Positions 1 to 12,935 are shown, numbered from the stretch's first letter. The stretch: DNA of 64,000 nucleotides from Raillietiella orientalis (GCA_036172245.1 JAYWIR010000039.1:744001-808000), one strand, 5' to 3'. The notes: generated from the sequence alone by a model not told the origin. Program-made: numbers and translations.

Positions 1-329
1 TGGCCCCCGAAGAGGCATGGAATTTCCTCCTCCGCACTCGTAGGTGTTTATCCAGAAGACAGGATGCAATAACATGCTATTTAAGGAACTATGGCTGCGT
101 TCGGGAGGAGATGAGAGTGATAAGAGTGCACCTTATTGCCCATAAAACTCTGGAGCATGCCAGAGGGGAAGTGCGCGAGTGCCAGTGAATCACCTCGAAA
201 GATACGGCATCATCATCATTCAGAGAGCACATACAGGAAGGATGCTTGTTCGAAACAGGGATCACATGAGATGGTGTTGATTTCTTCGGCTGGATTTAGT
301 GAGCACCTTGTTAGCGATTCGACGAAACT

Positions 330-660
330 TCCTCCCATCAGCAAATGTTCCCGGTCCAAGTCATTCTTGGTCCCCAAGTATGGGAGTGACTACGCGAAAC
401 AGATCGGAGGCAGTTTCGGAGCACACGTGGTAGCCGCATTTGTCTCCAGCCTCGTCACGCAGCTACTAGTAGGCTTCGCCCGAAAGCAGAGAAGAGACTA
501 CAGAGAGGGCACGGCAGCTTGGGCGCGACCTCAAGAGCAATGCAGGCTGGTTTAATTGGAACTCTGAGAAGGCAGAAAGGTCGCCCCTATTCCGCCGCCT
601 CGAATCAGCCAGCGACTGCTCAACGGCAAGAAAAAGATACGGATGGGAGGGGATGCAGCG
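330..660 (+). pseudogene. Degenerate DUF4806-like domain remnant (transposon-associated)
   Basis: DYAKQIGGSFGAHVVAAFVSSLVTQLLVGF, then in another frame LIGTLRR...EKDTDGRG. This resembles the iGG...v..im..l.t..l / dR.ggR pattern of DUF4806; by eye only. Confidence 0.3.
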
Positions 661-3039
661 GTCGTTTGGGATTCTTGTCTGCTGCTAATGTTCAGCAAGG
701 AGCTCCTCCTGATAATTTCGAATGACGAAGTGCCGTTATTCAGTTGCGACCCATTCCCTATTCATAGTTTTGAACACATAACGTATGCATAGAAAATTGT
801 ATTGGAGCTCTTCGAAATGTCCCATATTTAGCGGATGAGCCTGCAGGGACGGAGTTCCTGCATAATCCGGAGGTAATGCTCCATGGTTGCCTGGCACAGG
901 AGAAACGGGAGCTTGCATTATTTATTGTGGTCTGGTTGCGCGTGTCTTTTAACGCGCGAAATCTTTTCGGTGCGGCCCGGACGCGCGAATTTCATTTTTG
1001 AAAAATAAAAAGCAAAAATAAAAGCGAGAGCATGCATCGCCTGGAACCGAACCTCCAGCAAGAGAGATCTTGAACCGTGATGCTGCGACGAAAGATCCAA
1101 TATTCCTTTCTGGCGACAGATCTGTGTCCCGAGATCTTTGGAACTCGGCCGTTGCTACGCCACGGTAATCCGGTAAGGCGTGCCCACGCGTTAAAATTAC
1201 ACTGCTAAACGGCAGCCCTGACTTCCCTATCCCTCAAGAGAGGGGTGCAGGTTTGCTCGAACCGTTCCTCAATGCAGAAGGCTCTTCGGGTGGAAGCACC
1301 AGCCGCTCTTGAGCTGCTCTTGTTCGTGTCCCCAGAACACTCACAGACTGTGTTTCTGCTGGAGTTTTGCCGGCAGCAACGGGTTGGTTTTCATCCTGCA
1401 CTTCTAGTCAAAGTGCTGAAAGACTGTCCTTTTCTTATCGTCGGAGCTTGCGAAGACCTTCCGCGAGAGGGTCCCGATGTGCTTTTTCCAAAGACTGTTG
1501 ACCCGACCTCTCAGACTCGAACATCGATCCTTCGACGTGCGTCCTCCTTGGACGATCTCCTTGGTTTGAGTTTGATCAAGACCGCCTGCCTGCTTTTGCT
1601 CTCTGCGGTTCTCCCTCAAGCTTCTAGGATCGCAGATTTCCCCTTAAACAGCTATCTTTTGTCAATGCTGATTCTGATGACGAGACGCATGTCTGACCTG
1701 CACCGGAAACTGAGGACCTCCTATTTGAAGGAGAACATTCCTGCTGGGCCTGAGCCGAGGCCTCGTTTGCCACAATCGGTTGACGGCTTTCCTGCGTGAA
1801 GTTTCCAGAACGGTGATCTGGGGGGCCTCGTATCGCGCGCCGCGCCGCAGGCGCTGGCGCATCAGGAGTGCTATTTCGGTTTCGCTATCCGTCCTTCGCG
1901 AGGTCTCATCCGAGGGAAAGAGCACCGCAAGTCCAGAGGGAAGAATCTTCCGCGGAGCATCTCCGAGGAGCTGAGTGGGAGAGCCGCCACCGGCTTAGAA
2001 GGCGACTCGTTTCGCACAGGTGCGCCTTCGGCTTCGGCGCGGATGAAGCGGATTAAGAGTACAGCAGGAAGAGAAGCGAAGCAATCTGCGTCCCTGCAGT
2101 CGCGAGCGCTACCTCTACTTCTAAGAATTGGTCACCAGGTCGAAAGCTTTGCAGCAGCGATCCGTGAGCTGCGCCATCTTTCCGCCAAGCTTATGCGGAC
2201 GCAGACCGTACAACTATTGCAAGTTTCCCCCCCCCCCCCTCCTTTGCGGATGACGTTCCCCGTCCCCGCGGCTGCCGGAATCCTCTCGAAGAGGCTAAGA
2301 GCAAATCGTGCGAGCATCAGTCGGCTTCCCGACTCCTCCGCGCACACATTCCCACGCATCCGTCTCCGTAAGGACGGATCTTGGACCTGTGGTTTGTCCA
2401 CAGGTCCGCAGTCATTCAGTGAGTGGTTTATCCTCCGCGGTTCCATGCTGCTTACGTGATCCGAACCGAACTTCCAAACATTCGTGCAGCGTAGCAGCAG
2501 GTTCTCTGGACCGCTCTCGATTCCTGACTGTTGTTATCGCTTCGGGTCGGCTTTTGGTGGTGGTGGTTATGTCCGTCTCTTGCTTCAGGCGTATGAAAAC
2601 TGCTGGCTCCCATACGGGGTACCATCCCAAGAGTTCTCCTTTGGGTAGTTTGCTGCTCCAGTCTTTGTTGCCCCATCGGCGCGGTGCGAGAAGGTAGTAG
2701 CCAGAAGAGATGGCGCCTCCGATGGGGAAGTGAAAAGGGACGAGGATATCGAATCAGAAAAACGAAAAGGATGGTGGTAGCTTGAAGTTCCGCAAGGGTG
2801 GAACGCGTGGACTTTCTGAAAACTTTGCTCTGGGAACGGACTGCGCTTCTTCCTCCAGCATTCGGTGCAAATTGGGATCTCTCTATCGTCTACCGAATCG
2901 CGCCCTAGCAATGCGGCGCAGAATAAAATCATTTCGCAGTCCCCTAACTATCTATCAATTAACATTGGCAACCGAACATGTCAGAATCCCCTCGGAGCAT
3001 TGGATAATGCAATTTTTTCACTTTTCGCTTCCTCTGGAG

Positions 3040-3133
3040 TCATGGCATTTATCATCGCAGTAGCCGAGCTCTCCAACGATGCAATCAATCCTGAAGACCT
3101 ATTTTATGTCCCTGTGACCATCCAAGCTCAAGA
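3040..3133 (+). CDS. Candidate GPCR TM1 exon (start uncertain)
   Basis: Encodes VMAFIIAVAELSN...; the donor ga|gtgact at 3134 is phase-compatible with the 4277 acceptor and gives the canonical 28 residues from N1.50 to 2.50. The residues after the N (DAINPEDLF) are atypically polar. Confidence 0.4.
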
Positions 3134-4276
3134 GTGACTTTACGAACCACTGCTAAAAAAGCGCATGCTGGCTCTAATAGCGCTAGCGACCTGTAGTTGC
3201 GTTGTCCGAGTTTATATCGCTTGCTTCAGTCCGGGATTCCGTCGATTCACCTCTGCATTTGCAAGGTCAAACTTTCCTGAAGGTGATCGGAACGCTTTCG
3301 TTTGCCGATCCAACTTTTTGCGGAAGTTGTGGCTGGGCTTTGCAGATGGCGCGCTCCGGTGCATCTGTACATGGCTGCTGGCTTCTCAGTACACTGCCGC
3401 CAGGAGTTCCTCTGCACCGCCCTCTTGTTCTTCTCTGTTTGACCCTGTTCGCAGGTGGATTCAGAACCTGAAGGAACAGTTCCGCCCCGTCTTCCTTCTT
3501 TAACCCGCTCATAGTGGACATGAGCGGCCATCATCTATTGCCTTCATCAAAGAATCAGCGTTCTTGATGCATTTGCAGTGTCCTATGTAAACTTGCGTGC
3601 GATGTTGGTTCCATGACAGTGCTGTGAGTGATGCGACAAACGCAGGGACATCTTCAGAGAATACCATCACCCAAAATGTACTTAAGAAATTGTTTTTTGC
3701 TTTTTTTGTATCCTTTTACCTTTCCTCGATAAGAACAGAGGCGTGAGTACTCGATCAGGAGCGGTATACGGATGACAGCCATCGCGATGTGATGGTTCAC
3801 ACGAATCTGCGTTCGCGGATGCGATCTGTCAAAGCTGCCGCTTCCGTAGGAATGAATCCTAGACGATGATTGAGAAAAGGATGAGATGCTGTGGGCGAGC
3901 TCGCGCTTGCATTTTCACCATCCGAGCGCTCTGACCCCTCTGTCATCACCGACAATTACGCGATCGTTCCTTTTTGCTGGCGTCCGGCAGCTGTTTGTTT
4001 TTTGGGGTGGGTGGGGATGTGATTAGCGTGTGCACCAACGAGCAGCTTTGCCTATCTGGTTCGTCCTGAAGTTTCGTTCTCCGCGGCGAACTCCCCAGCG
4101 CTTGACGAAGGGGTTGTTAGGTCAGGTGGTGCTGGCGACACGCCGAAGGACACGGCTCCTTTCCATGCGCTTCTGGTGTGCCTGTTGGTTCCCAAAACAA
4201 ATGCAATCTGATTGCCAATCACTCTGCCGTTCCTCCTGACAACCGTGATGTGAAATGGTTTATGGTTTTCCCATAG

Positions 4277-4425
4277 GATGATATTAAGTCTAATTATATC
4301 TAATCTGCTGACGTCTGGTTTCGTCGCTCCCTGGAGGATCGTTTGGAACTTTACGGGAGAGACCGTCCACGCGCTCTGGCAGTGCCAGACTCTGGGATTT
4401 CTCACCATCCTAGCCGTTCTTTCAG
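4277..4425 (+). CDS. GPCR internal exon (TM2-ECL1-TM3 start)
   Basis: Acceptor ttttcccatag (ends 4276) and donor cag|gtaag (4426). Encodes MILSLIISNLLTSGFVAPWRIVWNFTGETVHALWQCQTLGFLTILAVLS. Splicing to 9591 puts Cys3.25 exactly 25 residues before Arg3.50 of DRY. Confidence 0.85.
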
Positions 4426-6278
4426 GTAAGCATCCTTCTCCCTCAGTCGACCCCTTTGCTTTGTGCGTGTGCTTTAAGTTGGCTTCTACTCGCCATCCAA
4501 ACGCGAATTTTCGGCTGAAAAATCTCCACGGATTCGTTAATGGCTCTTGAACCGTCGTTGCAGTAGGGGCCGAAGGCGAAAAAACATGAGGGATTGCACG
4601 AAAATCCCCGCTCATCCTTTCCCCTCTGTTAGTTCCTAGAGTCCCGGGCGTTCGAAATGAGGATTGCATGCTGATCGTGCTGCTAGCACTGGGCGGCATC
4701 GTTGACACCCGGCGGGTGTCCGGGCGGCATGCGTACAGGCAGGAGAGAACAAGAAAACGAAGAAACTGCTCCACTCGGACCGCGGAGGCGAATCCGTGGA
4801 TTCCGTTCAGTCAGCCCGTGCGCAGCTTTTGAAGGAATTCTTGAACCCCAGCAAGCCTTCTGGGAGGGCTTAACAATCGGAGGGCTTTGTTCACAAAGAG
4901 CAGGAACGACCCTCGTGAACCAAGGGGTTGTTGCAATCTCATCCGTGGTACGAGCTGCTTCGTCGCCTGTCACTTCAGGGTTTCATCCGATAGTGCACTC
5001 GTGAAGGGGTTGCTTCCCTTAATATCAGGATAGCCTCGTCTAAATGGTTGCTGCCAGCAGCCACTTTCCTATTAGCCACGCGATTAAGTTGCTTTCGCTA
5101 TTTCTTGACGTTCCCTGTACCGCTGCCCATAATCCACTGAAGAGTAAAACCGAGTCGAGTGAGGCAGCAATGAAGGGAGGTGACATCAGCGAAACACATT
5201 GCTGCTGCTGCTTTTTCCTTTTTCTTGTTCGCGGATGGAGTTGGTTTCGTGTCTCCCTCTCGCCTATTCGCATCCTGCGCGTCATCCAAGAGATGCCACT
5301 ATGCTTGTCCATTAATGGGGCTTATCGTGCTGTGCACATTAAGAGTACTTGTGGATGGCGCGCGCTTCCGAAAGGTCTCATTTTCCCTCCTTTTCTGTCC
5401 AGAAGCAGGAACGAACTCGCGAAGAATCGTTACGTCGCAATGGTGCGCCTCCGGCATCGAACACGATTCCATTAACCTTCGGTAAACACGTGGAGAAAAT
5501 AACCAGACCCCTGAATTTCGCGTGCTTGTTTGAATCATAAAGCCTTGCGTGTCACGGGTGCCGTTCGCCATGACAACGCTGTCGATCACGGAAAGATAAA
5601 AAGTCGATTTTCACTCTGTGGGGATGGAATGGAACGGGATGGGACATTTCCGTTTGCAAGACCCGAGGTCAGTCGGATGAAGCCTTGCTGGGGACGTCAA
5701 GAGGAAGACTACGAGCGCCGAGAACATTCTGGCGGAGGAAAGAGAAATGATTGATGGCTCCATCGAGGCGAGATGAGCAGCTGCAGCAGACCCTGACCCA
5801 TCCTCATCTCTCTCTCACTTCCATCAATAACTCTCCTGAAACCAAGAACGAACCATCGGCAAGAGGACGTCGGGTTCCGCCGCATCCCGCCTTTTCACTC
5901 CTTCTTCAAGCTGTCGTTTCCCTCTTCCGTAGCTGAGATGGAGGAAGCGGCGCGTCTGAGCTTCCTGCGTGCTCGAAACTGCAGCGCGAAGATGACTGCG
6001 GGCGCATGGGGATGATCATCTCTGGTTTCCTTGCCCAGTGTCCCTAAGGAATCAAGCACGTCCACCTCCACTGTTGGAACGGGCGATCGGATGAAAGGAA
6101 AGCACTCCCGGGAACTTCGGAGGGGCTATTCGAGCGGTCGCTTTCCTTGGTTACCACGCAAAGTCCGCATCCAGGAACGGAATCTCAGGAAAAGGCATTC
6201 CATTTCGAGATACTCGGTTGCTCGGGATACCATGGCACCTTAAAAGTTATGGCTCTTCCATGCAAAATAAGACCGTTA

Positions 6279-6413
6279 TGAGGACTCTTGCAGGGATTTT
6301 CACAATGATTTTGAAACGACACAGTTGACCACAGGGTCCAGGGAGGTTCAAGCTCCACGCGCCACGTTAGAAATTCTGTTCGATGCTTGGCAGCAGAGAA
6401 AGCAAACCAGAAG
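6279..6413 (+). repeat. 135-bp direct repeat, copy 1
   Basis: Matches 7647-7781 with about 8 mismatches and no indels (tgaggactcttg...gcaaaccagaag). Confidence 0.95.
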
Positions 6414-7646
6414 GACCCCGAGGTGCTTTTCTATTCCATCCCCAAGGGGACGATTCGAGATCCTCTCTGCTCGACTCTTCTTTGGAGTCCCGTCCTCGAA
6501 GTTTCCCTCATTTTGCAAGCACACGGACCTTTTCACTTCCTCGGGGAGACTCCCTCCGGGCGGGTGGGAGCTCTTGGGCGGAAGAACTCGCCGCCTCCTC
6601 AGAGGAAAAAAAAAGAAACTCTTGAGTTTTGCACGAGCTCCTGGCTCCCTGGATCCTCCCCTCCCCTGCTTGTCCCCAGACCGGGAATTCCATCCTTATC
6701 CTCCCGGAAAAGCGGCGCCCACGAACCCCGAGAGGGAGGGTCTCGGTGCGCCCGTGGGCAACCCTGAGACGAGCGTGCAGGAGCGAGAGATCCCGTCCTC
6801 GCTGTCAGAGGAGACGGATCGGGGAAGGACGAACAGGAGAAGGGGGAAGGCTGCCGAAGGAATGCCCCACCTCTTCGGAACGACAAGTCGTGATGGATTG
6901 CTTGGCAAGGATTTCAATAACCAGGAAGCGAACCCTCAGGGCACGTATCGACTTTCCTTGATGATGTGCTACAGGCAGGAAATAAGAAAAGCGAAGAAGA
7001 GCCATCGCACGATTCGCCGGAGAAAAGGTGCGAGAGAAAAGGAAAGCGAGCGTGCGAAATCCCTGCTACTAAATACGGAAATCTGCGACCGGGTAGAAAA
7101 AAAAAAAAAAAAGCTGCGGCGGAGAGAATCGCGGATGGCGCCCATTCCGGAAAAGCGTGTTTCGGGAAGAGGCAGAAGAGGTAGCGTGGCGGGGGAAAGG
7201 AAAGGTCCGAGGAGCTCCGCACGCTTTCCGTTCCGCACAGGGTGGGCCTTGGCACTTGCGAATTTCGGCTGCGTAGCGGAAGAGAGCACGTCTGTCGAAG
7301 CAGACTCCCGGTTTTCCCCGCTTACTGCGACCGCGCGAGCAGGATCTATGGCGGAAGGGAACTGCGGGCGGAAGGGCAGAGATGGATTCGAGGCGTGCGA
7401 CTGGCAAGCGGCGCTGCAGGCGCGCGGCAGTCACCGGGAGGGAGAGCACGCGAGCGCACTTCCGGCGGCTGTCGTGCGCCTGCAGCGGAAGCGCCTCGCG
7501 AGCAAGAGGAAGAGATCCTGACTGGGCGGCTCCAGAGGTCCAAGCTTCTTTCTGCGTGGGAGATGAAGCAAGAGTGGAACCTGCAAGTGCGATGAGGGCC
7601 TGCGAAAAACTGCAGCCGCAAGGAACTGAACGCGTGGAGAGGCGGC

Positions 7647-7781
7647 TGAGGACTCTTGAAGGGATTTTTACGATGATTTTGAAACGACACAGTTGACCAC
7701 AGGGTCCAGGGAGGTTCAAGCTCCAGGTGCCACGTTAGAAATTCTGTTCGATGCTTGGCAACAGAGATCGCAAACCAGAAG
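7647..7781 (+). repeat. 135-bp direct repeat, copy 2
   Basis: Matches 6279-6413 at an offset of 1368 bp. Confidence 0.95.
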
Positions 7782-9000
7782 AGAAGACAAGAGAGTCTCT
7801 CCTCAGTGGTAAAGGAAAGTTTTCCCCTGTAAAGAGGGAGATGCTTTGGTCTTCAAGGATGCTCGCAGAAAAGAAAGTGTTTCTCACTGATAAAGCGATG
7901 AAAGTGATTCGAAAGCAGGGGTGTTGTGCAAATCTGCTCTTTGATAAAAAACCTTTTGCTGGTGTCCGTTTTTATTGTTTGGATTGCATCTGTGGAGTTC
8001 TGAAACACGATCAGTTTCTTAATCCTAAGGGAAATGACGGGGGTCAGAACAACCAAAGGTGAGTTTTGTCAACAAGGTATAGGACACACAAAGGGAGCAG
8101 GTGAAGAAGATGCTTCTCCAGTAGGGAAGGCACAACTAGCATTTTTTTCCTGTAAGGTTGCGGAAAGATTGCTCTGTACATTCGCCAGCACCATGCTGTA
8201 TCATCGACCTTCTGCAAATTTCCCATCTCGAAATCGGGTGTTGTGCTCTCGGAGTTTCTGAGTGAGCTTTCCATGATGCCAGCAGGAGGTTTCTATCGAT
8301 GGCCCGTGTGATTCACAGTCTATGATTCACTTTCGTCAGTGAGTACATACAATCAACGATCGTATGATGCGGAGGACAGTAATGGCATTCCCTTCGGGTC
8401 ATTGCTGAGGGAATTTCGTTCTGTTCATGATTTTGCTAGTGCTTTTATTTCTAGCTGATGTGTAATAATAGGCGCGAGATCTGAATTGTACCTTGGACGA
8501 GTGAAAGGTGTCCACTGTGTACTATAAAGCCATTACCGTTCCTGATGAATTCGTGAGGAAGCCGAGCTGGAATGTTCCTGCTTTGCAGGAGCGAGATTTC
8601 ATGAGGAATTTTCCCCATCAAAGAGATCCAAAAGGATAACACTGTTTCGTACAAAGGCTTATCTGTGCGAGGAGCTGTGGAACTTCTGGTCCTACTGTCC
8701 CGTGCGATGAATGCTTCTGCATTTCGTGTGCTTCGCTGTTTTCCCCTCGTCACCACCTTCATCCTTAGTTCACTCGGTAGTCAGGTAGACATGGAGCTAC
8801 CCTTCTCTCGTTGGATTGCAGATTACCTCCTACCTCCTCCTTCGTTGGATTTCAGTTACCACTAGTCAGGGAATTGTGACTCGGGTCCCGTTACAGAGAT
8901 GGCACTGTACCTACGATGAGATTGCAAGCTCTGTGCAACGGCGGGTGGGTGCGGCCATCTGTGAAAGGTTCGGCGAAATAGCAATCAGCAGAGGCGTAGT
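7750..9000 (+). mobile_element. Decayed CMC-type (Mirage/Chapaev-like) DNA transposase remnant inside the GPCR intron
   Basis: Motifs in the expected order across frameshifts and stops: LLSGKGK (G..KP), CICGVLKH (iCDaPAr), IGHTKG (GHng), VPDEFVRKPS (P.EFaRKPR), LLSRAM (Ls.Ai), PLQRWHCTYDE (GpL..fSafpFE). Confidence 0.4.
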
Positions 9001-9590
9001 GCCATCGCTACTGAACTTTTCGCCGGGTCCTCATCCCCTCCCTAAGGCTGGAGAGAGAGAGAGAGAGACAGGACGGTGCTGCTGCCGTTTGTCCTCTGGC
9101 GACCCAGAATAGCATCGAGTCGGAACCGGGTCGGCCGGCTTGCACGTCATGCCATTCGGGAGTACATCGGAGCACGTTGCGCCTTTGGCGATCGAGGCTC
9201 AGAGGCTAGGGACCAGTTCCTAGGGGCCGCCAATCTCCCTGGACCATCGCGGATTCTCGGCGTCAAACTCTCACGAGCCCCCCTTCCCCGTGCTTTGCTC
9301 AGAGAGCCAAGCACGGAGAAGGGGAATCCAAGGTCCGAGAGGTCAGTGCCCACGAGGGAGGAACGAAGGAGGATAGAAGTATAAGGAGGGAGAATGAAGG
9401 GAAGGGTCTTAGTGACTGAGAGGTCCTCCCTTCCCCCTTGGGCGCTTTCTCCAAAACCCTGTGCGTTCCGCGTCTAGCCTCCGCACGCTCATGAGCCAAC
9501 ACGATCCGGAGGAAAGAGTCCCTGGCGGTCACCGCGCGACCGAGCCTTCGCCTCCGGTTTTCCTCCTGCCGATGACGCTTCTCTTTCGAG

Positions 9591-11353
9591 GGTCCTTCTC
9601 CGTGCTGGCCATCGGGATTGACCGCTACTGCGCCGTGACCTGCCCGCTGCACTACACGATGAAGATCACGAGGAAGCGGAGCAACATCATGATCTCCACG
9701 TCCTGGGTCTTCTCGTTCTGCCTGTCCGTCACCCCTCTGTTCGTGGTGCTAGCGAGCAGCATCTCCGGCTCCGACCCCGACCTCCTGCAGTGCGACAGCT
9801 CCCGCATGTCCCTGTGGAGGGGCGCGCCCCTGTTCCTCGCCTTCTACACGTCCACTGTCTTCGTCCTGGGGTTCTGCGTCCCCTTCGTGTTTCTGGTGGC
9901 CATCTACCTATCCATGTTCAAGGCCGCCCAGCAGAACAAGTCCCGGACGAGGAAGACCAGCTCCTCGGTTGGCATGAGCGAGCTCTTCGGATTCAACTCG
10001 AAGCTGAGCCTGACCGAAGGGGGCGGCCTCGTCCCCGGCGTGACCTGTTCCAAGACGGTGGTGGTGAACCGGCGCTTCTCGAGCGGGTGGGCGAGCTCCT
10101 CCTACTTCCTGGAGGAGATCAAGGGTCTGACGACCACATTCCTCGTGATCGGCTCCTACATGATCAGCTGGCTGCCCTTCTTCGTCATCGAGGCTTGCGA
10201 GATCGGCTTCTACACCGTCTCTGTCCCGGCCCACGCCCAGTTCCTCGCTATGGTCTTCCAGTTCAGCAGCAGCATCATCTCGCCCCTCGTCTACGTGTTC
10301 CGCAACAAGTCCCTGCGCTTTGAGACCAAGAGGCAAGTCTTCTTCTGGAGGAAGCGCCTCTCGGACAAGAGGACGTTCATCCCGAACCAGTCCTGCGGCT
10401 CCCTCATCTCCGAGACCATCATCGTGAAGAGGAGCTACGTCAGGGATCTCAGCTCCGCGGACCTCAGGAAGTGCGAGTCCTGGCGGGCCAGGTGCAGCGA
10501 CGCCGGCGGAGACCCCTGCGAGCCTCCCAAGGACGGTGTCATGCCCGCCGAACCCGGGCCCAGGTTCCCCCTCCGCTGCCTGGACGGTCGCACCTCGGTG
10601 TCGTCTTCGGACGGCCAGATCATCGTGACGAAGGGCATGGCTCGGGAACGGACCGAGCAGCTGTCCGTGGAGACCGCGGAGAGTCCCTCCGAGGCCACCG
10701 CGGCGGTCGAGGGCGTCGTCTCCCGGAGGAAGCTCGTCCGCCAGTACTCCGTGGTCGAGTACCTCGAGGGAACCTGCAGCGTGACCTGCGTGTGCTGCTC
10801 GGAGCCTGCCGCCAAGCGACCCAGGGAGCCGGCCAAGCCGCCGCAGCCTCCTCGCGCTCCGCGGCAGAAGAGCAGCTACCGCATCCTCACCAACGAGCCC
10901 AGCTTCGACAAGGACAGTTCCGATGCGGCCCCGGAGGGCTCTGAGGAAGGAGGGGAGGCCACCACAGACCCGGAGGGCAACCGCCAGGACGGCCTTTGCC
11001 GCCTCGGCTTCCCGGTCATTCAGATCCACGGCGCCGAGGACGACGACCTCCAGGTGGCTGCGGCTGCAGCTGCGGCCGCAGCCGCGGCGGCGTGCGGCGC
11101 CAAGAAGAAGATCCAGTCCCCGGAGATGCTGGCCCCCGTGCGGACGGTGCTGGCGATCAGCCTCCCGGACAAGCTGGAGGCCATCATGTCCTCCGAGGAC
11201 GCGACCCCTCTTCGGGCGCTCCAAGGACGCGATGCGTGCCACTCCTACTTCTCCCTGAACATCAATGTGGCCTGCAGGGGGCTGGACCTCCCCCTGAAGG
11301 ACCGCCTCTGTGGCAGCCCCGCGCTCGGCACCAAGGCGTACCGCCAGCTCTGA
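9591..11353 (+). CDS. Class A (rhodopsin-like) GPCR, GPR161-like orphan receptor; terminal coding exon (TM3 end to TM7 plus long C-tail)
   Basis: ORF 9461-11353 contains IDRY (DRY motif), TM4 SWVFSF, TM5 FCVPFVFLVAIYLSMFKAA, TM6 SWLPFF and TM7 SPLVYVFRNK, with strong GC3 bias. A pyrimidine-rich acceptor ctctttcgag ends at 9590 and its phase matches the upstream donor at 4426. The GPR161-like call is by resemblance only. Confidence 0.9.
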
Positions 11354-12935
11354 AAGAGAACCCCACCTGCCCGCCCATATCTCTAGCGTGGACTCCCCTT
11401 CCCTCCGGTATCCGTCCGGGGAGCGTTCCCAGGGACGCTGGGCTGCCACCCTACCATCCCCTTCCTTCCCGTCCGCGTGCCGCTCCGCCCACTTTCCTCC
11501 CCCGGTGGCGCCCGCCATTCCAGGGGAGCCCCGCCCACGCCCTGGCGCACGGGGCGCAGAATACACTGCTATTTTCCTTCTCGGGAGTCTTCTTTCTCCC
11601 CCTCCCCTCCGAAGTAGGGGACTGGGCGGGTCTTCGAGGCGATTCCCCCGCACCCCTAACCCGAAAGCAGCGGGAGCTCCACCTTTCCCTGGGTTACCTC
11701 GCCAGCACGAGGCCTGCAGGCTAGGATGGGAGACCCGGCGGAGGAGCGGATCCGGGAGAGAACTGCGGAGACGATGAGTAGCGACGGCGGAGAGGACCGC
11801 TGGAGGGAGAGGAAGAGGAACGAGGGGCTGGAGAGCGTCTTTCGGCGAAGAGCGAGTCCCAAGGCCTTCAAGTTTGTTTCCTCTTTGCCGTTCGGCGGGC
11901 TCGAAGGTCCCTATTAGCTTGTTTCGGGAAGAACCTCTTGAGTTCAAAGGAGGAGAAGGGACAAGGAAATGGGCGGTATTCGACAGGTCACCCTCCCTTT
12001 GCCCTTCCAGGAAGAACCCCGCGTCTGTGCAGAGGGAAGGGGCAGCGAACCTATTTAGGCGTTTTTCCCGCCGATGCGGAGTCCCTGAGCCTTCGCCACA
12101 GATGGTGCCACTGCATACAAAGGAATACGGTCGCCCCAGAGGTGCTCGTGGTCCCTCCAGCGGCGCTGATCTGAGCTTTGGAATCAATCTGTTCCTGCGG
12201 TTCCCTCCCTCTTTGCACCCCTCTGCGGGGGGAATCACGGGCAGCGTCTGAACTCTCCGGTGGGTGGGAGGCGTTCGGGGACGCAAGACCTTCGCTACTC
12301 TTCCTAGAGATCAGCATCTTCGACGAGAGGGCAACAGCACGTTTGCCGATCTAGCACTTCTTTGGAGTCTCCTCTCGATGCTCAGATGGAAGGATCAGCG
12401 GACATGAGCAGAGGGAGCTCTTCTGCAGTGGCTGCTCCTGACTCCGTCTTCCTCTTTAGTCCCTCCGGACAAACGGAAGCGCCAACTAATCCAGGCAGAG
12501 TGCGTTCGCATGACGCCGAGCACTGTCCCTTAGGCGCCATCTCGTCATGCCTCGGCAGGACGAGGGGCTGGCTACATGCAATGAGTGGTCCAAGATGCGT
12601 GTGAATGATACCCTCCCGTACCATTCGAGGCATCTTCAGCGCATCTCATCGCCGAGCGCCGCCACCTCTTTAGAGTTCGGTTCATCTGGCACCTCTGCTG
12701 TCTTCCTCTTCTGAAGACATCTGAGTTTCTTAGTCCTGGCATCGCCTCCCGAGCTTCTGGAAGATACAGCTCAGTTTGGTGACTAAAGAAAATGTAGTTC
12801 TTTTCGTTCGTCTGTCTTTTCCGATTCCCATCAAGATCAGGTGACGTCAGAAGGAGGGGGTGAGCTAAAAGCATCGGTGGAGGTTCCACAGAAGAGGTGG
12901 ACCGAAGTGATTTTGCGTCCTCAGTCTACTGCACT

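Noticed and set aside
2520..2620. Alternative GPCR TM1 exon (VVIASGRLLVVVVM...RRMKT)
   Set aside because: No Asn at 1.50, weak donor, and spacing to 2.50 would be 32 rather than 28 residues.
6325..7521. 398-aa + strand ORF
   Set aside because: Inside the GPCR intron, non-ATG start, reads through homopolymer A runs, no domain or codon bias.
7915..8010. ZZ-type zinc finger (PFAGVRFYCLDC)
   Set aside because: Ligand set is incomplete; it lies within the motif series of the CMC-like transposase relic.
9908..12286. 792-aa minus-strand ORF
   Set aside because: Antisense shadow of the GC3-rich GPCR exon; low-complexity Arg/Gly/Ala composition with no recognisable domain.
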